64,000 nt of DNA from Setoptus koraiensis (lineage: Eukaryota; Animalia; Arthropoda). Position 1 is the stretch's first letter. The number at the start of each line of letters is the position of its first letter. Shown one piece after another: positions 1 through 11,679 of this stretch. Location of the stretch: assembly GCA_048013815.1 (NCBI GenBank), contig CM106586.1, positions 19,158,001-19,222,000 on the forward strand, in the 5' to 3' direction. The notes beneath the pieces were generated by a model. The model ran no database searches and was not told the DNA's origin. It was given only the letters and a program-made list of their open reading frames with translations. Position numbers and translations under genes: made by a program.

Positions 1-1384
1 TGCAAGGTAAGTTGTAAAAGTTGTAGAGACTGGTGGCTGTAAAAAATGTTCAGATATAATCACTCATGGCTATGGCGAGCGCATTTGAATAGATTCACAA
101 AAAACTTTCCAGACAGCATTTGCATCTGACCGGTCAGCGTTACGCCGGCTCCAGGAGAACATGGCGCCAACATGTGTGACCTGAGCGCAAATTGAATACG
201 CTTGCCGATAATACCGGTGAGAGCGGGCAGCGGTAAGAGCGGCCGGCGAGCTGTCCCGCGGGCCGCTACCGTGCAGCGCACACAGATTTCGGGGAGTGCG
301 GGAGAGAGTTGCTCGGTGTGCCCGGAAAGAAAGCACAAAGCACTTTGTGCCACAAAGACACAGTCGTTTGCCGGGGATGTCGCCGCAACATGGGAGTGTT
401 CAGTGAGCGCTCGGGAGGGCGCCAGAGGGAGTGATCGATAGGAAGTGACTGTTGCGGCCCCCTGTGCACCGTTTGCTCCTTTGTGTGCGCTCTGTCGCCG
501 AGATGTCTGCCCCGGCCAAAATCGAACTTTTCGTCGATGCACACTGACGCTGGCGGTACAGTTAGTGTTGACAACTTGCGAGACGGCATCGCACAACTGT
601 GACACACACACACACACATTCACTGCATAACATTTGTGAGTGAGTTCATATAGGCGAGCGAATTGATAAACAATTCGACAATGAGCACAAAATTAGCTGC
701 GGCTCATCGAACTATTTCGGTTCGGCCGGCATCATGCATGTGCTAGCGCATGTGTGCCGTGTGCAATGTTGGAGTGGCACCGTGTATCGGCATGTCTCGG
801 CACATGTATCTCATTGGCAGCCCATGAGCCTGGCTGCCAGTGGTAGCCCATCGTTGCCTATCGTGGCCTGTGGTAGGCAGTAGGGTAGCGGCTTGCAAGT
901 GCGGGGCGGCTGGTTATGCGCATTACGCTATGGGCTCTGGCCGCTGTTGTCGCTGTTTAAGTTTTAAGTTCGATTGAAAAGTTCGCTACACAACTTGTCA
1001 GTTTGTACTTGTGAGAGCAACAACTGGTCTGTGCGTCTGTGTGTGTGCCCCCTCAGCTAGCCAAGGAGCTGTTGTGTGTTTGTGTGCGCGTTTGCGTCTC
1101 ATGATCCCATCGCTGCACACACACACTGCATTCGCTGGAAACATTCACATGAGACTCATGGTGAGAGAGTCGGCCAGTTCGTTAGTTCTAGCGACCGGCA
1201 GCCAACTGCCGAAGGTGAAAGAAAGCAAATACAGCAGGCGCTGCTGAATGGTGGTCGGCTCGAATCGATGCAGTGTGTATCGCAAGTTGCAACGAGTCGA
1301 GTTAGCGCACACACTCGCATTAGAGCGAGATACATAAGAAAAACACACACGATCTCGACCGGCAACAGCAGCGGCCGCAGCCAG

Positions 1385-1470
1385 ACAGTCGAGCAGCCAA
1401 CAGTCGAGCAGCCAACAGTCGAGCAGCCAAACAGTCGGGCAGCCAAACATCCGAGCAGCCAGACATCGGA
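1385..1470. repeat. 15-16 bp tandem repeat ACAGTCGAGCAGCCA, ~5-6 degenerate copies
   Basis: Seen directly. Confidence 0.85.
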
Positions 1471-2986
1471 GAGAGCAAAAGTATTGGATGCTTCAGTTAG
1501 AGTCAGTCGTTCGCTCGTATAGTATCGTGTGTGTGTGTGTGTGTGTCTAGCGTGTACCTAAACTAGTGCTACCTCTGCGGACAATAATATCTCCATTAGC
1601 AACATCACACACACAAGCAAACACACACACACACACACACACAGCAACAGCGAGCCAACACACACAAGTGATCGTAATATTTTGAATGTTCCACAGCACA
1701 CTGCCACAGTGTATAGCAGCACAGATTGTGATAGTTTTCTCCAGCTTCATCTTCGGACGCCAGCTATTGTTGTGGTTATTGAATATCCACTGCCAGCGTC
1801 CACACTCTTTTTTACCTGCATACAGGACATTCAACTGCTAGGACAAATAACCCATTTGACAATAATATCTCTCATCACCCATGATTCGATCTTCATCGCC
1901 ACTATTACCATTACTACTATTACTATTATTATTATCTTCATCACTATTATTATTATTATCGCTGTATTAATATTGTTAGGACTTATTATTGTGTTATCAC
2001 CGTCAACATAAACGCCGTATCTACAGGCATCTTGAGATGTTTATGGTGATGATATAGTCAAGATAACAACAGACAGCTTAATGGAACCACTCATGAATGA
2101 TACTGCAACCACTACTGTTCAACAACACACAACATTGTTTAAACAAGCTCTGATACAACTACCGCTCTAGGCAGCAGCAACAACAACAACAACAACATCA
2201 ACGACAACAACCACCATATTAATAACAACACAAGTATTATTAATAGTAGAGGCAAACTCAATTATTTGTATTCAGCACATACTATTTCAATATAACTCTG
2301 TAATGTTCTAAAGAACCTTTTACCACTACTAATCAAAATAGCACCACGCCGACTAACGAAACTGTCAACAGGTCTCTCTCAATGTCCATAAACCAATATA
2401 ATATGACAGTGACAACAATGTTTGTCCCGACACACACATGAACAATATTATTAAACAACAAATACTATATGGAATCTATACAATACAACGCACGCTAATC
2501 AAGCAATCAGGAAATAACATTATTACTATAACAAAACAAAGCAGCAGTAAAATTATTATGTTGGTTCCTATAGATATATGTCTCGTCTTCAGCTCGTTTA
2601 GGCATAAAACAGCCTCATTAAATATCTTTATTTATGAACATACATCTACAGTATCCTAATTGAATGGAAAAATTATCATTCACGCCATCATATTTATGCT
2701 ATTACAACACTTGATCAACATTTCATGAACGCACATAATCATCATATTTTCATTATTCTCACCGTGATTGCATTTATACATAATTATATTACACATCCAA
2801 GAGAGAGAATTCGATGCATTTATCCAAACAAATCCATGTTTGTAAAACTCATGCAATCGATGTTAGAACGTGATCAATCAAAAAAAGTTCAACTGCTCAA
2901 CTCACGAAGTGCTTGATACACACAAGCACTCCAGCGGGAGCTAATTTGCGTGTTAATTAACTTATTAAAGCCATACGTTACTTAGA

Positions 2987-5520
2987 ATGGCTGATCATAC
3001 TGAACTAGTGTCAGAAATGACAATGTTGGAGCAAATGGGGACCCAAGAGCGCCAAAAGTTAGCCAGAAAGCGACGGTCGCAACAAATTAAAAAATGGAGC
3101 CAGCGTGAAAAAGAATGGCTGGCTAAAGAACGCCAGCTTAGTAAAAAGTCTGCTATCCATGAGGATTCTAATGGATTAAATCTGAAAAATTACACATCAT
3201 ACGGTTCCAACAATCGCAACAATATTATTGCCGCCCAAATTTTGCAACCTAATGGGCGAGTACACTTCGACGATGGCGTTATGCTGCTAGAAGCTGCAGC
3301 TCGAAATGACATCGATGAAGTAAGGAGGTTATTAACCTTAGGAGTTAGCCCAGACTCTACTAATCACGACGGATTGACTGCCCTACATCAGGTATGTGTT
3401 TTATTGACATTTTTCTCAAACTTTGCCATAGATCATTTATCATGTCTACTAACTAAAATGTTATGCAAATTATTTTTAGTGTTGTGTCGATGCATTCGAA
3501 CCTATGATGAAGCTCCTCATTGAATTCGGTGCCGATGTGAATGCCAAAGATAGTGAACAATGGTGAGTAGTCTGTCACATCGCAGTTATGATTGTTTATA
3601 TTTTTTGAGAAAATTTCATTACTAACAAATCGAGAACTTATGTTTATATTGATCGATTTCAGGACACCGTTACACGCTGCTTGCACTTGTAATCACCCCA
3701 ATATAGTCAAATACCTGGTCAATAGCGGCGCTGATCTCCTCGCAGTCAATGGAGATGGAAACATGCCATTCGATATATGTGAAGATGAAGCCATCTTAGA
3801 TCACATTGAATCAGAGATGGTCAAGCGCAACATAACTCAAGAGATAGTGGATTATACAAGGGCCTCTACGGAGATAAAAATGATGGAGGATCTCCAGAAA
3901 TTTATTGCTGATTCAGGTGATATAAATGCCAAAGATAAAGATGGAATCACACAACTTCATATTGCAGCAGCTAATGGTTATGCATCTGTCGTGAAACATT
4001 TACTAGACCATGGGGCGGATGTCGATTCTCGTGACTGCGATTATTGGACACCTCTTCATGGTGCAGCTTGCTGGGGTACTCTTCAGCACGCCAAAGTGAT
4101 CGAACTACTCGTCCAGGCCGGCGCGGACATTAATGCCAAAACTCTCAATGGTGAGGCCCCACTAGATATCTGCGATAATCCTGAAATCAGGGAACGTCTT
4201 GTTCAACTCAAAGATGAGATCGAAACCAAGCATGCCTCTACAACGAGTAACTTGAGGCGGACTCAAAGTCGCACTAATAGTAGAACTCACTCTGTGAGAA
4301 GAACTAGTATAAGGGAGAAAGCTCAGATATCCAGACGCGAGGCGCGAGAGGAGGCTCTCCTGCGTCAAGAAACTAATCCTAGCCAAAATAATAGTGATGA
4401 AGACTCTAACGCGATAGGTGATAATAATTCGAGTGCCAGATTGCAGTTAGTTAATGGTGCAAGTAAAGAAAATTCGTCAAACTACCAGTTTCATAACGAA
4501 TCAACCGCTCAATTAGATCAACAAGGCGAGAGAACTACAAATGACGAAAATCAAAATACAACAAGTCTATCCTATAGCAAAGCAAACTACGATGACACTG
4601 ACATTGTGTTAGAAAACGGAGTCAATATGAAGAGTAATAAGTTGAGTTATACCAACGCTGATTCGGAAAACTTGACAAATTCGATGAGCAATACTCAGAA
4701 AACAAACATTTCTAGAACAACCGATCCTAACAAGATTTATTCTAACGGATCTAATGGTGATAAACACGATGTGATGAGTAATCAACAGGATATTGAGATT
4801 AATGAACAAATGACCTCAAATCAAAATGGTCATCTCAGTTCGAGGCCCCCTGAGAAAATCGGTCAGATGGATGAAGCTTTCAAGCCAAATCATTTTGCCT
4901 CTATCAATTCTTCGAACGAAACCAACACTCAGCAGACTCAGTCCTTGACCAATCAGATATCACCTCAATCTTCGTTAGTTTTTGCTTCAATCAATTGCAC
5001 CCTATCTGATCTCAAGAAACAACGATCTGACCTGAGGCATCGAAACATGAATTTGTCTCTCTCACTACCAGAAAGTAACTCTGATCCTAAAATAACTAAG
5101 AACGATCTCACTCATTTCCCTCATCAACCATCGGACGTTCCCGACTCGGCGGTTTTATCCACTAAAAGTTTGAATAACGATGATCCGAATTCAATCGAGC
5201 TTGATCGAAATGTTATCAGAACGTCCAACCAAGTAGAGGACCCCATAATATCGAATAATTTACTCGTTTCTGACAAATCACCAAAAATCGATTCGACTGG
5301 CATGACGATGAACAACAATACGAACTCTTTCGAAGAATTAGATAAAAGACCTGTTAAAGACAACTTGAAACTCACATTCATCTCTAGCAATGGCTTCCCC
5401 AAAGGTGACTTACCGCCCCCATCTCCAAGTCAAGCCCTGAGGAAGTTTAGAGGAGACCCAAGTGAGGTCGTGGGTGGCAAGGAACGTTATAGGACGCGCA
5501 AATGTTGTATACTATTTTGA
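2987..5520 (+). CDS. PPP1R16A: Protein phosphatase 1 regulatory subunit 16A/B-like (MYPT3/TIMAP, Mypt-75D); 3 coding exons, ~781 aa
   Basis: Exons 2987-3391, 3480-3562, 3663-5520; introns 3392-3479 (GTATGT..TTTAG) and 3563-3662 (GTGAGT..TTCAG). Splicing restores continuous ankyrin repeats (GLTALHQ|CCVDAFEPMMKLLIEFGADVNAKDSEQW|TPLHAAC). PP1-binding RVxF motif (RVHF), RRTS kinase site and C-terminal CaaX (KCCILF*). A 3' splice-site-like TTACTTAG ends at 2985, just before the ATG, suggesting a 5'-UTR intron. Confidence 0.93.
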
Positions 5521-5555
5521 ACTCCAAAATCCGAACCGGTTGAGGCAGAGACGAA

Positions 5556-5594
5556 AATAAATATCAACGTAATGATTGGAGTACAAATTTTATT
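5556..5594. terminator. Opposed polyadenylation signals between PPP1R16A and SERHL2
   Basis: Plus-strand AATAAA at 5556-5561 and minus-strand AATAAA at 5589-5594, in a 180-bp convergent gap. Confidence 0.55.
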
Positions 5595-5700
5595 GCCTTG
5601 TCCCTCATTATATAATCTGATACCCATTGGCTTTGATAAACTTAACATGTAGTAGAGAGCAATTCAGTGGTCAAAGGAGTCTTGTGTTTGATAAGAAAAT

Positions 5701-7052
5701 TCAAAGTTTCGATTTTGTTAGCGTAAGTACGTCTTGAGCCGATCTACTCTTTGAAGGTTCCTCAGCACGTTCTAAACGATTGGCTTCTTCCAGGAATGAC
5801 TTGATGACGTCTGCAATAGGTTCTGGATTATTCATGTGAAGATGGTGTGTACCATCTAGATGGAACTCCCGAAATAATCCACACTGAGTCCTATATAAGT
5901 CATAGTAAAGTTGCCTCGAAGCTTCCGACGTTTGATACATGCTTTGTACTCCTCGCACTATCAAAAGATTCGCTTTGAATGCTTTCATGTACTGAAGCAT
6001 AGCTTCGTCTGTAGGATATGGGTCTACGTAAGGAGCTCTTAATCTGATATCCCTCGTGAAAGTGTAACCCCAGCGTCTCTTTTTAGCACCACGCTTCATA
6101 ATAATCCGAGCGCTAGATTCATTCAGAGATGCCCCGTGGGATTCCATGATACGCTTGAGAGCCTCTTTTTCACTGTAAACTGGAATCTTGTCATTTATTG
6201 CAGGATCATCCTCAACTTGTTGCTCATATTTAAGATAATCCATGATGGCATTGGCACTACGGGTCTCCCAACCACGCGCAGTTTGAGTGGTGATCGGTTG
6301 TGTCATATCGATACTGATTACATTTTCTACTAGTTTAGGGAATATACAAGCAAACAAAAACGCATGATTGCTGCCCATGGAATGGCCCAACAAAGATAAC
6401 TTATTCCACTTGAGTCTATCGACGGTTCGTTTCATTTCAATCAATGCTGTAGCCTTGGAGTAATCTGAGCCAGCTGGTTTGTGTGAGCTGAATCTGTAAG
6501 AAGAAAGTGTTGTTTGTAAAGGAGAACCGATACAATTCATTAGCCATTGTACTGTGGATGATGTAAGACCGTTTCACTTCAGTGTCGCTCTATCACTTAC
6601 CCAATACCAGGTTCGTCCCATGCCAAAATGTGATAGTTTTCTCGCATCTCTCGATTATTCAGTAGGAGTGGTATGAGAGGATCGAAAGACCCGGCATTAT
6701 CCAGCCAGCCGTGTAAGCAGAGTATTTTATTTGGTGCTTTACTATTGCCCCATTCCTTGAGAGCAAGATGTCCATAAGGTGTGCCAATCTGCAGTTCTCT
6801 CGGCAGAACTAAGTAAGTAGAATCATTTTTTGACGATTTTGCTTGAATAGAATATTCCAATTCAGACTCGTTGAACGTATCATCGCCTGCATCGCTACAT
6901 ATTTTCATTTCTGTGTTACTTTGAGGAGTATTTTCTTGCGAAGTAGAAACAGAATCTTTGGACATACTGGACAATGCACTTCTAATTACTGGTGATCTTG
7001 ACGAAATTACCGACGAAAGATACTGAAAGGCAAATCTCGAGGATTTGTTCAT
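5701..7052 (-). CDS. SERHL2: Serine hydrolase-like protein (SERHL2/kraken, alpha/beta hydrolase); 2 exons, ~414 aa
   Basis: Exons 7052-6601 and 6493-5701; intron 6600-6494 (GTAAGT..TTACAG) joins WDEPGIG|FSSHKP. Motifs LHGWLDNAGSFD, nucleophile GHSMG and C-terminal GTHHLHM. Ser/Arg-rich N-terminus looks like a mitochondrial presequence. Confidence 0.9.
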
Positions 7053-7534
7053 AGTATTTGCAAGGCTTCGAACTAGTCGACGAAGTGAATCAGCTATTTG
7101 TTGCTATCACCGCCATCTTCTTCGTGTTCCTTAATTAGAAAGAGCTGCGTAGGTAAAGAAGCATTACTACTTGTAAGCACTGTGTCTGACGAAAACATGC
7201 CAACATATATTATCAAAGGAGGTACACTTGATATCAACTGCACAAACCAGTGTGGATTTCGTTGATGGCAGTGAAAGCAGGCGAATGAAGATTTCTTCAG
7301 CTTGTGTGACTGCAGATTACTGACAGCTGATTACACAAGGCACACATTTTCTCAATGTTTTGTTGTTTGCGAAACGCAACGTTGCCTGATGTTGCGATTT
7401 TTTTAACTAGGAATACCTTCAACGCAGATACAAAGAATATATTTCAACATCTCAAATTAATACTTCATCAGCGTACAATTCGTCAATTGCCTTCTGACAT
7501 TTCCAATCATTTGATCAAGGACGATAAGCACAAC
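7053..7534. promoter_or_regulatory. Probable bidirectional promoter between SERHL2 and EIF2B5
   Basis: Head-to-head start codons only 482 bp apart. Inferred from gene geometry; no TSS data. Confidence 0.5.
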
Positions 7535-9097
7535 ATGCGGCGTTCAGGTGCTGTTGGTGGAAAGCAGCAGATAAAGAAAGAGGAAATAAAGCAAGCAGTT
7601 GTCATTGATGTAGAGGAAGCCTCTTTGTGCCAAAAAAGGTTTTTGGCAGGAAAACCATTGCTATCGTACAGTCTAGATTGGTTGAGATTGGAGAAGTTTC
7701 ACGAAGTATTTATATGTTGTCTGCCCAACAATGCCCAAAAAATAAGGGAACACATCGTTCGGTCTAAGCTCAATCAGAGTGGCTCGCACACTCTCAATGT
7801 TCAAGTTCATGCCTCGGAAAAAAACCACTCGATTGGCGACTGTCTCAGAGATCTCGATTCGAAGGCGCTAATAAAGACCGACTTCGTCCTCATGACAGTG
7901 GGTTGTTGTGGTAATATAGATCTATCGGAATTGCTGGAACGACACAAAAAACTTAGAAGTGAAGACAAGCAAGCCATACTGACATCCATAGCGAGGTGTG
8001 CGCCCCCTAAACAAATGATAAACCAATCTGTCAATTCTATCTACATTTGTGATTCCAAGAATGGGAGGTTGTTGCATTTTATCAAGGACGACACAAACAA
8101 TCAGAAGAAGAAAGTTGAGTTACCCACCAAAACATTGCTCGAGTATGAATCGTTGATGATTCACTCAAACCTGGTGGATACAGGATTAGCTATTTATTCA
8201 CCGAATGTGCCCATATTATTTTCGGAAAATTTCGACTTCAGAACTCAGGCCGATCTTATAACCGGTATCTTTGACAATGAAGAGGTGCTAGGTTACACCA
8301 TCTACGTCCATTTGCTGGACGACCAGTACAACCAATCTTTGGCCAACCCCTTGGGATGCATGAGTCAGGATCTCAAGTTTTTCGACGCTGATTTTGTTTT
8401 CAAGCGCCGTGATAGTTACAATATTTTGCGTCAACTGTCCAGCGAATCATTAGTGCAATGTACCAAGCTAGATCTATCTAGCAATTTGGCTAAGCATATG
8501 GAAGAATCTGATGATGAGTCAGAAAGCAGCGATGAAGACATATCTTTGGTTGAGGACGATATCAGATGTTACAACGAAGTCCTAGAAAGTTATACTCGAG
8601 CCTTTGAGGAACATGTCGAAAATGAGAATCTAGTTCTAGAGATAAACTCATCTAAACACGCCTACTATATTTCAATTAAGGATCTTCATTGCATAATCAT
8701 CAAGGCACTGCTGGAATTGCCGTATTGTATAGAGGATAATACAAAGAGACCAACAACTTCCAATGATTACTTCAGTATGGAGAAGCAAGCTATACAGAAA
8801 TTTCAATCAGTATTTTCTAATTACATACGCTCGCCAGAGGCGAAAGCGGCCGTCCTTGAAACCATGGAGGAAGTGTTGTTGTCTAAGGAAAACAAGCTCT
8901 TGAATGAGTCTATTCTGGCCAAACTGATCTATGAATTTTATGATATCGATATACTGGATGAGGAATCCATTATCAAATGGGTAAACGATTATGATATAGA
9001 TGACAATAGTAAAGAGGCGCTTCGGAGGCATCCGGGAATAAAGGCTCTCGTTAAAATCATGGAGCAATCAGAATCCGAGGATGACGATGATGATTGA
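7535..9097 (+). CDS. EIF2B5: Translation initiation factor eIF2B subunit epsilon, intronless, ~520 aa, lacking the LbH domain
   Basis: Nucleotidyltransferase-like N-domain (QAVVID, S-I-G-D-C-L-R-D-L-D-S-K-A-L-I, NF motif SENFDF), then the catalytic region (NEVLES..ENLVLEINSSKHAY) and W2 aromatic/acidic boxes (FYDIDILDEESIIKW..ESEDDDD). First in-frame ATG after the upstream extension chosen as start (7535). Confidence 0.9.
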   Translation: MRRSGAVGGKQQIKKEEIKQAVVIDVEEASLCQKRFLAGKPLLSYSLDWLRLEKFHEVFICCLPNNAQKIREHIVRSKLNQSGSHTLNVQVHASEKNHSIGDCLRDLDSKALIKTDFVLMTVGCCGNIDLSELLERHKKLRSEDKQAILTSIARCAPPKQMINQSVNSIYICDSKNGRLLHFIKDDTNNQKKKVELPTKTLLEYESLMIHSNLVDTGLAIYSPNVPILFSENFDFRTQADLITGIFDNEEVLGYTIYVHLLDDQYNQSLANPLGCMSQDLKFFDADFVFKRRDSYNILRQLSSESLVQCTKLDLSSNLAKHMEESDDESESSDEDISLVEDDIRCYNEVLESYTRAFEEHVENENLVLEINSSKHAYYISIKDLHCIIIKALLELPYCIEDNTKRPTTSNDYFSMEKQAIQKFQSVFSNYIRSPEAKAAVLETMEEVLLSKENKLLNESILAKLIYEFYDIDILDEESIIKWVNDYDIDDNSKEALRRHPGIKALVKIMEQSESEDDDDD

Positions 9098-9618
9098 TGA
9101 TAAGTAGATAATAAAATGAAATATGAAACGATGATAATGATAACAATAAAAGAAAAAAAAAAGAACAAATGTCGATAAGACTATTTTCGTATTTTCAATA
9201 AAACTAGCTTCATACTTGGCGCGCACATCGGCGGATACAAGAATCGAACACAGTGTATAGGGTGATTCAAGCAGTTGTTCAACTTGAACTGGTTAGTCGT
9301 GTGGCTTCTGTAGAGCATTTTCTCGATGCACTATAGACACTGTTGAGGCACACGGTGTAAGAGAATAGGCTTCCGTGCCCAGCATGCGGCGCGCTCCTCT
9401 AAAGCGTTAGTGCATTATTTGGCGCGCTCTAGCGGCTTTTGTACGGTCTGTGCTCGTGCGCAGCGCAGCGTACCAAATGTGAGTGAACACTTGCTATAAG
9501 TGCACCGTGTAGATTCAAGGTAAATACACCATGATGCGTGGTGAATCTGTTGCTGAGAATTCCACAAACTCCTGTTGTGCGCCAGCATGTGCTTGAAGCC
9601 GGCTACTTTGCAAGAGTG

Positions 9619-11520
9619 ATGTCTAAAATAGCCTCTGTACTTGTTAATTCATACTTTAAACGAGCACTTGTCATACCAACAGATCGCCTTTACTCCGAGG
9701 GAGTCATCGAAGCCAGATACAAAAAGCTACTCAAGAAGTTAAAACAGCAACGGATTGAAGCCGCAAGAATGGAACAAGACAACCAGAATCAAGCGACGGC
9801 GAGCTCATCCAAGGGTCCGAAGCAACCAAAGCAACCCAAACAACCCAAGCAGCCGGGCCAAAAGCAGCAGCAGCCTGGTCAGAAGCAGCTGGCTGCCGCC
9901 AAGGCGGCCGCGCTCGAAGAGGACCCAGAGGAATATTTCTCACAGAGGGTGGCTCTGGTGAAACAGCTCGAACAGAATGGCGGCCCCCAGGCGGCTTTTC
10001 CCAATGAGATTCCCACTGATTTGATGCCGCTCAGTGAATACATTAGCAAATACAACTATCTAGAGGATGGCTCTCATCTCGAAGATGTTAAGCACAAAGT
10101 TGTTGGTCGTCTATACTCAAAGAGAGCCTCAGGACAGAAATTGGTCTTCTATGATCTACGATCAGGTGGTAAGAAGGTGCAGATAATGGCCAACGCCTCT
10201 ATGTATACGGACAATAACGAATTTGTTGAAATAAACAAACAACTCAAACCCGGCGACTTTATTTGCGCCACAGGTTACCCTGGAAAAACAAAGAAGGGCG
10301 AGTTGAGTATAATACCCACAAAAATACAATCACTAACTACATGCTTGCACATGATGCCATCGTTGCACTTTGGTGTCAAAGATCCTGAGCTACGGCATAG
10401 ACAGAAATTTTTGGATTTTATGATAAACGAGGAAAACCGCGACACCTTTTTCACCAGACGTGATATAATAAAATATATTAGAGAATTTTATGATGAAAGG
10501 GGCTTTCTTGAAGTAGAGACACCCATGATGCACATGATTGCTGGTGGTGCAACAGCTAAACCATTTATCACACATCACAACGATCTCAATCAGGACCTCT
10601 TTCTTCGCATTGCGCCGGAGTTGCATCTAAAACAATTGATTGTAGGCATGTTCGATCGTGTCTATGAGATTGGACGCCAATTTAGAAATGAGAGTATCGA
10701 TCTTACGCACAATCCCGAATTTACAACATTGGAGGCTTATATGGCCTATGCCGATTATGAAATTGTTATGAAAATGATGGAGGAGCTGCTATCCGGTCTT
10801 GTTAAGAAACTGTTCGGCCAATATAAAATCAAATATCACCCCGAGGGTCCAGAAGGAGAAGAACTTGAGATCGACTTTACGCCCCCATTCAGGAAGGTAG
10901 ATATGATAGATGAACTGGAACGAATTTTAGAAGTTAAATTTCCTGACCCAGTCCACTTAGATTCGCCAGACTCTGTTAAATTTCTCGAGGAACTCTGCTT
11001 AAAACATAAAGTAGAGTGCACTCCACCTAGGACGGCTGCCAGGCTATTAGATAAACTGGTTGGAGAATTCATTGAAGAAAAATGTATAAGTCCAACGTTT
11101 ATAATCAATCATCCCATCATAATGAGTCCCCTGGCCAAAAATCACCGCTCAAAGCCGGGTCTAACAGAAAGATTTGAATGTTTCGTGTCACGTAAGGAGG
11201 TCATCAATGGATACACAGAGTTGAATCACCCACTGGAGCAACGTAGACGTTTCGAGCAACAAGCAGCCCAAAAAGCTGCTGGCGACGATGAAGCTCAATT
11301 GGTTGACGAGACATTTTGCACAGCTTTAGAGTATGGTCTGCCACCAACAGGAGGTGTTGGTATTGGGATAGATAGATTGACAATGTTTCTTACCGATAAG
11401 AATAATATCAAGGATGTAATTCTGTTCCCAGCGATGAGACCAAGTGCAGGGTTGGCTCTACTGCAAGATACTTTAACGAAAAAAGTAGAATCATTGTCAG
11501 TGTCGAATAAAGTAAATTAA
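9619..11520 (+). CDS. KARS1: Lysyl-tRNA synthetase (class II), intronless
   Basis: OB-fold anticodon-binding domain ([18 protein letters not shown]), motif 1 (FLEVETPMM), motif 2 ([15 protein letters not shown]) and motif 3 ([16 protein letters not shown]). First in-frame ATG is 9619, second 9769. Confidence 0.96.
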   Translation: MSKIASVLVNSYFKRALVIPTDRLYSEGVIEARYKKLLKKLKQQRIEAARMEQDNQNQATASSSKGPKQPKQPKQPKQPGQKQQQPGQKQLAAAKAAALEEDPEEYFSQRVALVKQLEQNGGPQAAFPNEIPTDLMPLSEYISKYNYLEDGSHLEDVKHKVVGRLYSKRASGQKLVFYDLRSGGKKVQIMANASMYTDNNEFVEINKQLKPGDFICATGYPGKTKKGELSIIPTKIQSLTTCLHMMPSLHFGVKDPELRHRQKFLDFMINEENRDTFFTRRDIIKYIREFYDERGFLEVETPMMHMIAGGATAKPFITHHNDLNQDLFLRIAPELHLKQLIVGMFDRVYEIGRQFRNESIDLTHNPEFTTLEAYMAYADYEIVMKMMEELLSGLVKKLFGQYKIKYHPEGPEGEELEIDFTPPFRKVDMIDELERILEVKFPDPVHLDSPDSVKFLEELCLKHKVECTPPRTAARLLDKLVGEFIEEKCISPTFIINHPIIMSPLAKNHRSKPGLTERFECFVSRKEVINGYTELNHPLEQRRRFEQQAAQKAAGDDEAQLVDETFCTALEYGLPPTGGVGIGIDRLTMFLTDKNNIKDVILFPAMRPSAGLALLQDTLTKKVESLSVSNKVN

Positions 11521-11679
11521 AAACAAAAATAACATAGGAAAGGGAGAAACAGATGATTGTTGATTATTGTACTGTTTACATATCATATATCTAATAGCAA
11601 TATCAAATCGCTCCTGTCGAAGGATCATGTGACTGTATCAGTTTACATGTATTCTGTGTGACTCGCCACTTGCAAAGTT

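Noticed and set aside
1-640. Coding potential of the GC-rich 5' end and the donor-like AAG|GTAAGT at position 7
   Set aside because: The ORFs are short and lack homology; the donor may be real, but its exon lies outside the window.
7355-7534. 60-aa upstream extension of EIF2B5
   Set aside because: No similarity to eIF2B-epsilon and lies in the shared promoter region; ATG 7535 gives a normal-length N-terminus.
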